Of a stretch of 64,000 nucleotides of DNA, positions 18,222-27,369 are shown in pieces. Source of the DNA: a virus. Its lineage: Duplodnaviria > Heunggongvirae > Uroviricota > Caudoviricetes. The stretch lies in the IMG/VR virus record IMGVR_UViG_3300025913_000020. One strand, written 5' to 3'. A program made the position numbers and the translations under genes. The first letter of the stretch is position 1, and each line of letters starts with the position of its first letter. The notes beneath the pieces were generated by a model. The model worked only from the letters and a program-made list of their open reading frames with translations. It was not told the DNA's origin and searched no databases.

Positions 18222-20083
18222 TGAATGCGCTTGCACAGATCATCAATTTCATTCTTGAAGCCGAAGATGAAGACTTCGACTTAAAGGACGTTGCTGAGCC
18301 AAATCAAGTCGTCGGCGGGCGCGCCACCGTAAAGCGGTACGGCAGGTTTAAGATTGTTGACACGCCCCGCTACACGTTCCTGATTTCCTACCTGACACCG
18401 GTCGCCTACTACGACAAGCAGACCGAGAATTATTACCAGACCAGCAAGCAGTGGTCTCCCACGACCAACACGCATATCGGCGACTGGAAGGGAATGATCT
18501 GGAAAAGCCCTGAGTGGCAGGCCAACCCCGACAATAAAGAGGAATCGGAATGGGGCGGGCAAAAACACATTTCTGTCCGCTATCCTCGTTTTCATCGCAA
18601 GCGCCAGGCATTCATCAGCAAATTGTTCCGGGAGATGATCCCGCAACTTCAGATGAAGCCCCACGAGAAGCGCCGGATGTACCACGTGCATCCGAAAATG
18701 CGTCAAGGCTCTGGTCTCAGCAAGACCTGGCTTTCTGGCCATCTGAAGCATCATGACAGCGGTGACGAAGGATTGCCGCGTCCAGACGATCCAGGCTATG
18801 AGGGATTCTTCACTGACTTCGAGCCACACGAGCCGGAGATATTCGACTGGTCCAGCGGTTTGAAGAACATGGACCCGCACGAGACCGGTGAGGACCCGCT
18901 CGGTGAGGCCATGGAGGACGGGGAGAGCGGCAAAGACCTGCAAGGAATATCACCAGAGCTGTTGCAGAAGCAGCTCGATACGCTGCTGCCGTCCATCATC
19001 CAAGCCAAGGAGCGGGATTACGGCAGGAAACTTAAAAAGACGTACGATCACACGAATCCTCACGGTGAGCGTTTTCTTTTTGGTGAGTTCGGTCGTGATG
19101 GGTTGATGATCACGCTTTTGTTTTTCGATCCTGAGTTCGGGTGGTCGCCGATTCCTTCGGCTGCAAACGAAAGCCTGCTTGATGAGCGTGCCAAGACCGG
19201 CATCTTCATGAAGCAGCTCGACAACGGGCGTCAGGTGTTCTCATCGAAGTGCGATTGCGGTGTGATGCACGGCGGCTATCGCAGCTATGAGGAAGCGAAG
19301 GCCAACAAGAAGTGCCGTCGCTGCTATCGCGGTGAGATCGAGAAGACGCGCAAGGAAATCGAAAAAGTTGACGAACCGAAGAAGCAGAAAGACATTTTCC
19401 AAAACCGCATGAACAAGCCTGCGGTGATTGGTGAGGCGTACGAGGACGATGATCTCAAGGATGTGGCCGAGCCTCTGCCTGACAGACCGATGTACATTCT
19501 CAACACTCCGGGCAGAGAGTTTTATTCGGTGACCCGTGACGGGTTCATCAGCCAGTTCCGTGGTAAGCCGAGCGGCCAGTGGCAGATGGTGGGCATGACC
19601 GTGCAGAAGTATGCGGACACCGTGCCTGTTTATCTTCCGTGGCAAAAGCTCGTCGTGCTGCTGAATCAAGGCGAAGCTCTCAGCGGCAAGGTGCGTGATC
19701 TGGACCACGGCACGACGCGGGAGTGGGGCAACGAAGCCAGGATTTACAAAACAAGTGTAAACGAAAACTTTCCCGACGATGACTTTGGCGGTGACTGGAA
19801 AGAGGTCACCAACCCTGAGAAGGAGATTGGCGCGGTAACTAAAGATGTCTGCGTGAACGCACGCTACGGTCAGGAATTTTGGTTGCGGAACGAAAGAAGC
19901 GCAGACGGAGTTGCACGACGTGTGCGAGTGAGCGGGAAATGCCAGACATGGAAGACGAGACCAGATGAATTCAAACTCCCAGTCAAGTACGGACTCTATC
20001 AGAGCTTTTATATCACCAATGCTAACGCGGGCGAGTTCTCGACCGTCGAGCCACCCCCAGTCAAGTCTCCGCGAAGACGTTGA
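18221..20083 (+). CDS. Multi-module probable head-internal protein
   Basis: Repeated acidic DxKDVAEP linkers, ISYLTPVA domain, CDC...CRRC Zn motif, C-terminal RVSGKCQTWKTRP.EFKLPVKYGLY domain. Confidence 0.75.
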   Translation: MNALAQIINFILEAEDEDFDLKDVAEPNQVVGGRATVKRYGRFKIVDTPRYTFLISYLTPVAYYDKQTENYYQTSKQWSPTTNTHIGDWKGMIWKSPEWQANPDNKEESEWGGQKHISVRYPRFHRKRQAFISKLFREMIPQLQMKPHEKRRMYHVHPKMRQGSGLSKTWLSGHLKHHDSGDEGLPRPDDPGYEGFFTDFEPHEPEIFDWSSGLKNMDPHETGEDPLGEAMEDGESGKDLQGISPELLQKQLDTLLPSIIQAKERDYGRKLKKTYDHTNPHGERFLFGEFGRDGLMITLLFFDPEFGWSPIPSAANESLLDERAKTGIFMKQLDNGRQVFSSKCDCGVMHGGYRSYEEAKANKKCRRCYRGEIEKTRKEIEKVDEPKKQKDIFQNRMNKPAVIGEAYEDDDLKDVAEPLPDRPMYILNTPGREFYSVTRDGFISQFRGKPSGQWQMVGMTVQKYADTVPVYLPWQKLVVLLNQGEALSGKVRDLDHGTTREWGNEARIYKTSVNENFPDDDFGGDWKEVTNPEKEIGAVTKDVCVNARYGQEFWLRNERSADGVARRVRVSGKCQTWKTRPDEFKLPVKYGLYQSFYITNANAGEFSTVEPPPVKSPRRR

Positions 20084-20759
20084 TTATGACGGAGTCATTC
20101 GCGAGGCAACTGCGTTGTTGAAAGATGGTCCTTTGTCAGCCTCGCACGTGCTGCGTACCTGGGAGGGCATTATCTGGTCGAAGACGGATGACCAGCGTGT
20201 AGCAACCGATGCTGAAGTGGCTCGCGACGGCAGCAACCGGATCAACCTTTATCCATCCCTGGTCGGCAAGCCCAGGAAGATGGCTGCCTGCATTCTGATC
20301 CGCGAGTTCGGTCATCTGCTGTACGGCAAAGCCAACGAGACGGCCAAGCGCCGGTGGAACAACAAGCTCGGTCTTCCTTCCAGCGCCCAGATCGACGCGG
20401 TGCAGGCGAAGCTGACTCCCAATTTCAAAAGCTACCGGGACTTGGTTGAATCCTTTACTACGGCCATGGATCGTTACGTGGCGCTGAACATCTGCAACGC
20501 GCTGATCGCGAACGGCGTTCCCTATTCCCAGTCCCAGAACATCCAGCTCAAGCAGTGGGGACCTACGCAGGAGTACTGCAATCGCCGCCGTTATCACGTC
20601 TTAATTCCATTGGTGTCGGCATACTCCTCGAAGGAGGTTTTTGAAGACTTCGGCGCTGCGATGGCGGATTGGGTCTGTGCGATGAACGGCATCACTGAAT
20701 CAACCGTTGCGGAAGCCACCCACGAGATCATCCGTGAAGTGGTGGAAGCGATGCGCTAA
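20019..20759 (+). CDS. Zincin-like protein with degenerate HExGH (REFGH); start uncertain
   Basis: INLYP...ILIREFGHLLY, EDFG.AMA; overlaps the end of the upstream ORF. Confidence 0.55.
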   Translation: MLTRASSRPSSHPQSSLREDVDYDGVIREATALLKDGPLSASHVLRTWEGIIWSKTDDQRVATDAEVARDGSNRINLYPSLVGKPRKMAACILIREFGHLLYGKANETAKRRWNNKLGLPSSAQIDAVQAKLTPNFKSYRDLVESFTTAMDRYVALNICNALIANGVPYSQSQNIQLKQWGPTQEYCNRRRYHVLIPLVSAYSSKEVFEDFGAAMADWVCAMNGITESTVAEATHEIIREVVEAMR

Positions 20760-21346
20760 AGGTTCAGCTTGAGGAATTTCTTTGCCTGGTAGTAGCTCAT
20801 TTTGAATTCCTCTCCGTAATCGCCCCATCCAAAATAGCTGGCCAGCTCGTCCATCTTTGCTTCAATCGGCATTTCCTGCCAGACCTCCTGGTCGATGCCG
20901 GTCGGGCACTCGTTTTCGTAACGACGCCAGTGACTGGGCAACTGGTCCATCGGGATGTGCCCCATCAGATAAAAGGGTCGTTTCATCTGATTGGTCATCA
21001 ACTCAGCTTTGGCGATCTTGTAGTTGTCGATGATGCGGTCACGTTCGACGTTGTCCTGCCAATCTGGCTGTTCAGGTGGAAGCTTTGCCAGCATCTCGGG
21101 CGGAACCTCCACGTCGTGATAGTCAACGTCGCCGCCTTCCTGGTCGATACCACCGAAATGCAAAAGCTGGCGCTTTGCAGGATTAAACCAGGTTCCTCCC
21201 CATATCCAGGGATTGGCATCGCCGCCGATCTGAATCCAATAGCCGTCTGGAGACGGCTCATCGAGCGCTTTTACGTCAATGTCATCATCGTCCATCTCCA
21301 GAAGGTCGCGGACGAGCTGCTGTGCGCCGATAGTGAACTGGCTCAT
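20756..21346 (-). CDS. Hypothetical protein, probable head-internal (TAG-terminated)
   Basis: ATGA-coupled start MSQFTIGAQQLVRDLLE-MDDDDIDVK; IGGDANPW..GGTWF. Confidence 0.7.
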   Translation of the reverse strand: MSQFTIGAQQLVRDLLEMDDDDIDVKALDEPSPDGYWIQIGGDANPWIWGGTWFNPAKRQLLHFGGIDQEGGDVDYHDVEVPPEMLAKLPPEQPDWQDNVERDRIIDNYKIAKAELMTNQMKRPFYLMGHIPMDQLPSHWRRYENECPTGIDQEVWQEMPIEAKMDELASYFGWGDYGEEFKMSYYQAKKFLKLNL

Positions 21347-23076
21347 GACAGGACTTCCTCCACGATCTGCGCGGCGCGCCACTGGATGTTCTCACCGAGA
21401 TGACGCTTCTTCCCTTCGCGATCCCGGTGGTACTGGATATAATCGCCGACGATGAACGAAGGATCGAATTCCTTGCCCCATTCACGAATGGCTTTGATCG
21501 CTTGGGAGATGCTGCGCAGCAGTTTGTAGTAGGTCGGTCCGTCCAGGTTCCTTCGGAAATAATCCACCATCTGAGTGAATTTCATCTCTGATCCATCCGC
21601 CAAGCGCCAGCGGGTGGCCGGATAGGGTGGCTGCAAGTCCACCAGGTCGTCGATGAACGTGATCATCAGAATCTTGGTCAGCTCTTTCAGCATCCCAGGA
21701 AGTTTTACGTGGAAAAAGATCGGGATGGCCTGAGACTCGGCAAACTCCGGGTAGTTGTGATTTTTGGAGGCGTAGCGATTCCAGGTGGACAGGGCCGCGC
21801 TGCTACCGGCGTTGAGCTTATTGATCTGGTCTGGGTCAGAGATGTCCCAGTCAGGGTGGCCTGACTTGATACTGGCTGCCACGGTCAGCGGCACCACCAC
21901 GTCAATGTTCGCGTCGGAGTATAATTTCTCACCGCTGCCCACTCTGTTTTTAGGGCCAGCGTAGCGCACGTCATTCGAGACCTTTTCGCGCATCGGCAGC
22001 TCGTTGAGCTGTTTGCTCATATCGGTCACCGACTCGATGACCGGATACGCGCCTTTGTAAACGAGATTCCCTTCCTTATCGACCAGCACCTTGCCGATGT
22101 CCACGTTGAAAGCCAAAGGCTCGCGTAGCGGAAGTTGCTGGTCAGGCGGAAGGGTTTTATTTTTCTCTTTGACCCGCAGGTTGTAGTTCTCGATCTGGGC
22201 GTTGCGGCGCTCCACCACGGTTCGATTGCTGATGAACTGCTGAGCAGCCGTATAGACGCGCTCGTAGCGGTTTTCCTTCCCCGGCCAGGAACGGCTGAAT
22301 CCAAAGTTGTTCCATTTCAAGGCGTCCTGGTCGCCGTAAAGGTACTCGTGCCGTCGCTTTGGCTCGATCTCAGTCTGCCACTCCTGCTCGGCCTGGTCTT
22401 GGGGCTGGCCGCGAATCAGCCGTCCCAGGATGAAAGTCGCGTGGACGCGGTCTCTGACCTTGGTCGCGAGCTGATCTTTGATCCAGTTTTTGAATTTGTA
22501 GGTGAGCAGATCGGAGGCAACACGATCTTCTTTGCCAGCGGCAACCTGGTTACTCTGGAGGATGCGAACGATGGCCTGGTACTTCTCGTGCCAATCCACT
22601 CCGTGGGTGGCTGCCGTGATGTCCGGTGCGAGCGCCATGAGCTGGTCGCTGTCGATGCCCAGGCCCTTCAACTGAAAGGCCACCTGTCGAACTTCTTCGG
22701 ACCTCACACTGGCGTTCGGAAACTCTTGAAAAAATGTGCTGAAGAAGTTGTCCGGCGTGCGTGGCGTGGAATCATCGCCCCATCGCTTGCGTGAGTTCTC
22801 GAACGCCCTCGCGCCGCCGCCCGCCTGATAGAGCATCCAGTCCAGATACTGCTTGGTGGGAGTGGTATCGAGTTCAGCGAACTTCTGGAAGGTCGTCTCA
22901 TCCATCAGAGGTCCGATGCCCAGGGGTCTGCCGCCAGGACCTTCTGCGTTCAGCTTTACCGTGGCGTCGAGACGGTATTTTTGCTTGATCGCTTTGAGCT
23001 TACGGGCGGAAGGGTCCGCCTTCTTGCGAGGGGCGGCCTTCTTTTCAGGCTCTGGGTTTGGCGCGGCTTCCGGCAT
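21343..23076 (-). CDS. Large hypothetical protein (PcfJ-like region seen in large phages)
   Basis: DTTPTKQYLDWM; KLYSD...VVVPLTVAASIK.G..W; ends RAAQIVEEVLS. Confidence 0.65.
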   Translation of the reverse strand: MPEAAPNPEPEKKAAPRKKADPSARKLKAIKQKYRLDATVKLNAEGPGGRPLGIGPLMDETTFQKFAELDTTPTKQYLDWMLYQAGGGARAFENSRKRWGDDSTPRTPDNFFSTFFQEFPNASVRSEEVRQVAFQLKGLGIDSDQLMALAPDITAATHGVDWHEKYQAIVRILQSNQVAAGKEDRVASDLLTYKFKNWIKDQLATKVRDRVHATFILGRLIRGQPQDQAEQEWQTEIEPKRRHEYLYGDQDALKWNNFGFSRSWPGKENRYERVYTAAQQFISNRTVVERRNAQIENYNLRVKEKNKTLPPDQQLPLREPLAFNVDIGKVLVDKEGNLVYKGAYPVIESVTDMSKQLNELPMREKVSNDVRYAGPKNRVGSGEKLYSDANIDVVVPLTVAASIKSGHPDWDISDPDQINKLNAGSSAALSTWNRYASKNHNYPEFAESQAIPIFFHVKLPGMLKELTKILMITFIDDLVDLQPPYPATRWRLADGSEMKFTQMVDYFRRNLDGPTYYKLLRSISQAIKAIREWGKEFDPSFIVGDYIQYHRDREGKKRHLGENIQWRAAQIVEEVLS

Positions 23077-23129
23077 ATCAACCGTAAATACGTTCTTCTG
23101 AGATATAGAATGCGAAAGAAAATGTAAAC

Positions 23130-23693
23130 ATGGGTCTTGATCCAGCAGACGTTCTAAAAATGCAGGAGCGCCTGGAGCGCAACCGCCGCCCGCGCCCTAT
23201 GGTGACGGCTCCGGCTCCGGCCAGGACGCCTCCGCCGCCCGCGCCGCCACAGGTGGAATCGTCGTCTGCGCGGTCCATCGTTTTTGCCAATCTTGACGAG
23301 TTCGACATGCGCCAGTTCACGTACCGGGGTGCGCCAATGGGCAAGCCGCGCATGACACAGCGGGATAAGTTTGTCAAAAGGCCGAAGGTGCAGCGCTATT
23401 GGGCATTCAAGGATGCCATCCGACTGGCGGCTGGCACGCTTCCGCCATTGCCCGAGCTGGTGCTGGTCTTTGCCCACGTGGCCATGCCGAAGTCTTGGAA
23501 GAAAGCCAAGATGGCTGAGTTGGCAGGCAAGCCCTGCCGTGGACGGCCTGATTGGGACAACATCGGTAAGGCCGTATGCGATTCTCTGTTCGATGAAGAC
23601 TGCTGCATCTGGCTCGGAATGACAATGAAGCACTGGTGCTACGCAGGCGAAGAACGTGTCGATGTGAAAGTTTTTTATGCTAAATCCAAATGA
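23130..23693 (+). CDS. rusA: RusA-family Holliday junction resolvase
   Basis: GAPMGKPRMTQRDK...RP.VQRYWAFKD, RPDWDNIGKAVCDSL..ED..IW. Confidence 0.85.
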   Translation: MGLDPADVLKMQERLERNRRPRPMVTAPAPARTPPPPAPPQVESSSARSIVFANLDEFDMRQFTYRGAPMGKPRMTQRDKFVKRPKVQRYWAFKDAIRLAAGTLPPLPELVLVFAHVAMPKSWKKAKMAELAGKPCRGRPDWDNIGKAVCDSLFDEDCCIWLGMTMKHWCYAGEERVDVKVFYAKSK

Positions 23694-24030
23694 AGTCAGT
23701 CCTCGGCACCTGCCACCGATGCAGGCCGCCATCCTGAAACATCGTTCGACCCTGGATGAGCACCAGGTCGCCAACCTCTATAAGACGGCCAGGGAAATCC
23801 TTTTCACCGGCGCGCCGAAGGTAAACGATCCGAACATCCTGGTATCCAATATCGAGATCAGCAAGGGGGTCCGGGTGGTGACTTGTACGGACGCCAAGAC
23901 GGGTCTATTTGTCCAGCTCTCCGGCGCAGTCAAAGAGGGGCCGGATATGGCGGTTATGGCCTTCGGCCACAAGTATTGCCAGGAGGTCCGGGACGGGATG
24001 CGCCAGAATATCGCCACCAAAATCTGGTAG
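23677..24030 (+). CDS. Hypothetical protein (TAG-terminated)
   Basis: Intact ORF overlapping the rusA end. Confidence 0.6.
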   Translation: MLNPNEVSPRHLPPMQAAILKHRSTLDEHQVANLYKTAREILFTGAPKVNDPNILVSNIEISKGVRVVTCTDAKTGLFVQLSGAVKEGPDMAVMAFGHKYCQEVRDGMRQNIATKIW

Positions 24031-24046
24031 GTCCTGCACAACGGAC

Positions 24047-24074
24047 TTGACTGGAATACAAAATTGTTTACATT
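24047..24074 (+). promoter_or_regulatory. sigma70-like promoter with overlapping TTGTTTACA motif
   Basis: TTGACT-N16-TACATT. Confidence 0.7.
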
Positions 24075-24085
24075 TTCTCATAAAG

Positions 24086-24388
24086 ATGAATACCCGACCG
24101 AGAAAAAAGCTCCAACTGAAACCTCGAAAGATCAGAGAACCCCGCACAGTGGTTGTCGCTTTTCGGTTGCGCAGGACGGAAGCCAAGGCGTTGAGCGCTG
24201 ATCTGAAGCAAACTCCGGCTGCCGGAGTCAAGTCCCTGAAGCAGTTTGCGCGTAAGATCGTCATCGACTTCTCCAAGAGCCGTCTCCGCTATGTGAATCC
24301 AGCGGATCGCACGATTGACTGCGACGCGGGAGAACGCCTGGTGGAGATGCGCGCCAAGATGCGCGAAACGTCCACTGCCATTTCATGA
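24086..24388 (+). CDS. Putative ribbon-helix-helix DNA-binding protein
   Basis: Basic N-terminus, then RTVVVAFRL (beta strand) R.TEAKAL...G.KSLKQFARK (two helices). Confidence 0.5.
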   Translation: MNTRPRKKLQLKPRKIREPRTVVVAFRLRRTEAKALSADLKQTPAAGVKSLKQFARKIVIDFSKSRLRYVNPADRTIDCDAGERLVEMRAKMRETSTAIS

Positions 24389-24594
24389 AAGCCTACAACC
24401 TGGTAAAAGATAACGTCGAGGTTTCGTTTCGAATCTACGAAGATAGCGCTGAGATGACCCGCCGTGTGGACGGCAATGTCAGTACCAGTCGCCCTCAGAT
24501 GACACCGCTGGAAGCCAACCGCGAAGTCAACGCCCTCCTGCGTGCCGGATTCCGCAATGCCGAGGCCGTGCGGAAAGCCGCCAAGAAAAAGTAA
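24385..24594 (+). CDS. Hypothetical protein
   Basis: ATGA overlap with the upstream gene. Confidence 0.6.
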   Translation: MKAYNLVKDNVEVSFRIYEDSAEMTRRVDGNVSTSRPQMTPLEANREVNALLRAGFRNAEAVRKAAKKK

Positions 24595-24615
24595 GCGGTT
24601 TCAGTTCTACTGGGC

Positions 24616-25383
24616 ATGAACGTTAGTTACGTCATGCCTAAGTTTTTATTCTCGCTCACCGTGTTGGCGCTGTTTACCTCCTGCGCTGTCCAACCTGTCG
24701 ATCGTACGCCTGATTTTCTGTACCCAGGGAAACCGGCCAGAAAGCACGTTCGGGCCATGTCGCCCAAGCTGAAGGAGCGTTCGGTCGAGAAAAACAAGTC
24801 CATGCTCAAGGCAGCTCCGTCCTTCGTGGTGCAGCCTCCCGTCGATGTGAGCACGAATCTGTTGTTGTTCACCTGGCAGCACCCTTCGGACTACGTCCCT
24901 GGTTCAACCGTCAGCTCTTACAATCTCTATTTTGGCGTGACTCCCGGCGTTTACGATGCCGCGATCAATTTTCCCAATTCGAACGATCTCACCAATTATA
25001 CTCTCCAGATCGTGGACCAGACGATGAGCACCAATCCGCCCATCGACCTGATGATTTTCCCGAGTGGGGCAGCCTACACGAACACCTTTCGATTTTATTT
25101 CGCGCTCAGCGCTGTGGGATTGCAGGAAGGTGCGTTGTCAAAGGAGATCACCTGGCCTGATCTGCCGTGGAATACGCTTTTCTTGTCGTGGGATTCCGGT
25201 CGCGACGCCATTATCCAGCAGACGCCAAGCTTGCGTAATCCCGTGTGGACCACGGTCACCAATGTCATCGGTACGAATATGATCTCTCTCCCGATCTCGG
25301 GAACGAATCTGTTTTACCGGGCAGTCACCACCAATCCACCACCTGTGCAGTTGCACATCAACGGAGCGTACATAGCACCATGA
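24616..25383 (+). CDS. Putative lipoprotein with FN3-like and Verrucomicrobia-style C-terminal domain (start 24616 or 24634)
   Basis: Signal MPKFLFSLTVLALFTSC; FTWQHP...SYNLYFG...Y; LSW...QQTPSL.NPVWTTVTN...FYRA. Confidence 0.65.
   Translation: MNVSYVMPKFLFSLTVLALFTSCAVQPVDRTPDFLYPGKPARKHVRAMSPKLKERSVEKNKSMLKAAPSFVVQPPVDVSTNLLLFTWQHPSDYVPGSTVSSYNLYFGVTPGVYDAAINFPNSNDLTNYTLQIVDQTMSTNPPIDLMIFPSGAAYTNTFRFYFALSAVGLQEGALSKEITWPDLPWNTLFLSWDSGRDAIIQQTPSLRNPVWTTVTNVIGTNMISLPISGTNLFYRAVTTNPPPVQLHINGAYIAP
24623..24629 (+). promoter_or_regulatory. TTAGTTA-N4-start motif variant
   Basis: TTAGTTA-cgtc-ATG 24634. Confidence 0.4.
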
Positions 25384-25820
25384 GCAAACAACTTGGATTT
25401 TTTGTAGTTAGCAAAAGAACTGGCTACATGCTGGAAGGGAGAGATCATGCAGCGAAGATTTTTGACACGAACGCAGAAGCCCGGAGAGCCTGCAAACCTC
25501 TCCAGGATCAAATCCCAGTCCCTGTTCAGTATGCCGATGTCGCGAAGGCCCTGCTCAAGGGATCGGCATTCTGTTTCGACAATGAGATCGTTTACGACAA
25601 ATTCATCAAGGGCCTTCGTAACGATCTTCCCAACAAACCCTTTATCGCTTTCAGTAAGGACAGGAATTTCGTCCGCTGGCGGCACACACCTGATGCGAAA
25701 ACTAACCCTGCTCCCGACGTGGCTGCTGATGCGCGCCGTGAGACCGTTTCTGCGAGCGCAGCACCCGTTCAAACAACGCAATTTAACCCTGACCTCCTGG
25801 TCCGAGGGAGCAACGGCTAA
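25380..25820 (+). CDS. Hypothetical protein
   Basis: ATGA-coupled start MSKQLGFF. Confidence 0.6.
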   Translation: MSKQLGFFVVSKRTGYMLEGRDHAAKIFDTNAEARRACKPLQDQIPVPVQYADVAKALLKGSAFCFDNEIVYDKFIKGLRNDLPNKPFIAFSKDRNFVRWRHTPDAKTNPAPDVAADARRETVSASAAPVQTTQFNPDLLVRGSNG

Positions 25821-25870
25821 TTGCTTGATGTTTGGCGTCACCTTTTGGGTTGGCTCGTTCAACGCGCTTT

Positions 25871-26320
25871 ATGCCACGTACATTCTCTACACACGTATCT
25901 TTGCCGCCCATTGACTGGCTGAAGGAGGTCCAGGACCGCAAGCTGGAGATCAATGGCGTCAACGTGTGGAAGGCTCTGCACTTTCCATCCTTCGTGCAGG
26001 TCATCAGTCGCAAGAATGACGTGATGACGGAAGTGAAGGTCCTCAAGGACGTGGCTGAATTTCGTCTGACGCGGAGGGGTTCGGACTTTCTGGAGGAGTC
26101 TGAAGCGACCATTTTGATGTTCAAAAAGGCCGATCCACCGCCTAACATTCGGTACTGGCTCAGCGCTTTTCGTCGATTGGCCCGTAATTGCCCTGAAGGG
26201 CTTCAGTTGACGTATGCTGACGGTGAGTTAAGAGTCCTGGCCAAGGATACGAAGGGAAATACCAAAAACGATGACCTGCACCTGGTCGAATCCGTAAAGG
26301 TGCCCTGGCTGAGTATTTAA
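25871..26320 (+). CDS. Hypothetical protein
   Basis: Intact ORF; start at ATG 25871 preferred. Confidence 0.6.
   Translation: MPRTFSTHVSLPPIDWLKEVQDRKLEINGVNVWKALHFPSFVQVISRKNDVMTEVKVLKDVAEFRLTRRGSDFLEESEATILMFKKADPPPNIRYWLSAFRRLARNCPEGLQLTYADGELRVLAKDTKGNTKNDDLHLVESVKVPWLSI
26313..26319 (+). promoter_or_regulatory. GTATTTA-N4-start motif variant
   Basis: GTATTTA-acgt-GTG 26324. Confidence 0.45.
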
Positions 26321-26323
26321 CGT

Positions 26324-27067
26324 GTGAGTGAACTTGTAAGCGATATTGTTGCGATTGTGACTGAAAGCGATGTCCGAACGCGGAGAGAAAGGGCTGCTTT
26401 TGTTGCCAAGCTCCGTGATGAAATGGGGCTGACCTGGGGTCAAATTGGCAGCCAGCTCAACGTGTCGCTTCAGCGCGCCCAACAGCTCTACACGTTGAAC
26501 AAGTTCTTTCAGCGCAGTGCTCGAAGCCCGTTCCGCGATCTCACTACCCGCGCTCGTAATCTTCTCAATAGCATTGCTTCCAGCCAGCGCTGGCCGAGGG
26601 ACTGGGAGGACAAGCCGGAACTGGTAACGCAGATGCTCGCACTGCTGAAGGCCATGCCGGAGCGGGAGCTGAAGAAGTTTCGTCAGGCCGGGAAGCGCAC
26701 GACCGGTGAGGTAAACGATTTCCTGACCCGGCAGGTGTCGGAAGCATTCGGTGGCGAAGTCGATCCAAAGGACTTTACCACGGCGGAAGACCCGCAGGCA
26801 GTGGTGCAGCTTGTGACCAAGTTTCTCAATGAAAATGGCTTCATGGGCGAGTTTACTGCATGGCCGCCCGAGACGGTCAAAGACCTCAATCCCGAATATG
26901 ATTTCATGGTGGTCATGACTCCTTTCATGGCCGACGCCCTGGAGGAGCGCTGGTCTGCATTCACCGAGCTGGACTCGGTGCTGCGTTCCATGGGTTACGA
27001 ATACGACGTGGCCGGAGAGCCGGGCGATCCGCAGCGCTCACTCAACTTCTTCAAAATAAAAGCCTGA
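26324..27067 (+). CDS. sigma70 region-4-like HTH fused to an RNA polymerase alpha-CTD-like domain
   Basis: LRDEMGLTWGQIGSQLNVSLQRAQQL (HTH); DLTTRARNLL...ELKKFRQAGKRTTGEVNDFL (alpha-CTD-like). Confidence 0.65.
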   Translation: MSELVSDIVAIVTESDVRTRRERAAFVAKLRDEMGLTWGQIGSQLNVSLQRAQQLYTLNKFFQRSARSPFRDLTTRARNLLNSIASSQRWPRDWEDKPELVTQMLALLKAMPERELKKFRQAGKRTTGEVNDFLTRQVSEAFGGEVDPKDFTTAEDPQAVVQLVTKFLNENGFMGEFTAWPPETVKDLNPEYDFMVVMTPFMADALEERWSAFTELDSVLRSMGYEYDVAGEPGDPQRSLNFFKIKA

Positions 27068-27083
27068 TCCGGTTCTATCTGGC

Positions 27084-27338
27084 ATGAGCCAGATGACTAC
27101 GGACGAGACCCTGGAACGCTTCCTGAAAATATGGAGAGACCGGGAACCTCTGTTCAGCCTCGACGATCCTAAAGTGAGGGAAAATTTGATGGTGCTCTTG
27201 AGTGCCAGCCTGAGCGTGCTGTCTCAGGCCCCGGAAGAAGTCGCCAATGATTTCATGGAACGCTGTGCAAATATCGCTAAAGAGATCGTGCCGGAGGATG
27301 TGCAGGACAAAATCATCGGGCGACGAACTTCTACTTGA
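27084..27338 (+). CDS. Hypothetical protein
   Basis: GTTCT 7 nt upstream of the ATG. Confidence 0.6.
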   Translation: MSQMTTDETLERFLKIWRDREPLFSLDDPKVRENLMVLLSASLSVLSQAPEEVANDFMERCANIAKEIVPEDVQDKIIGRRTST

Positions 27339-27369
27339 TTTTGTTTACAAAAACTTTCAAAGTGTCCAC

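Noticed and set aside
23110-23127. Minigene MRKKM* before rusA
   Set aside because: ATGTAA arises automatically from the A-TGTAAACA operator motif; there is no independent support.
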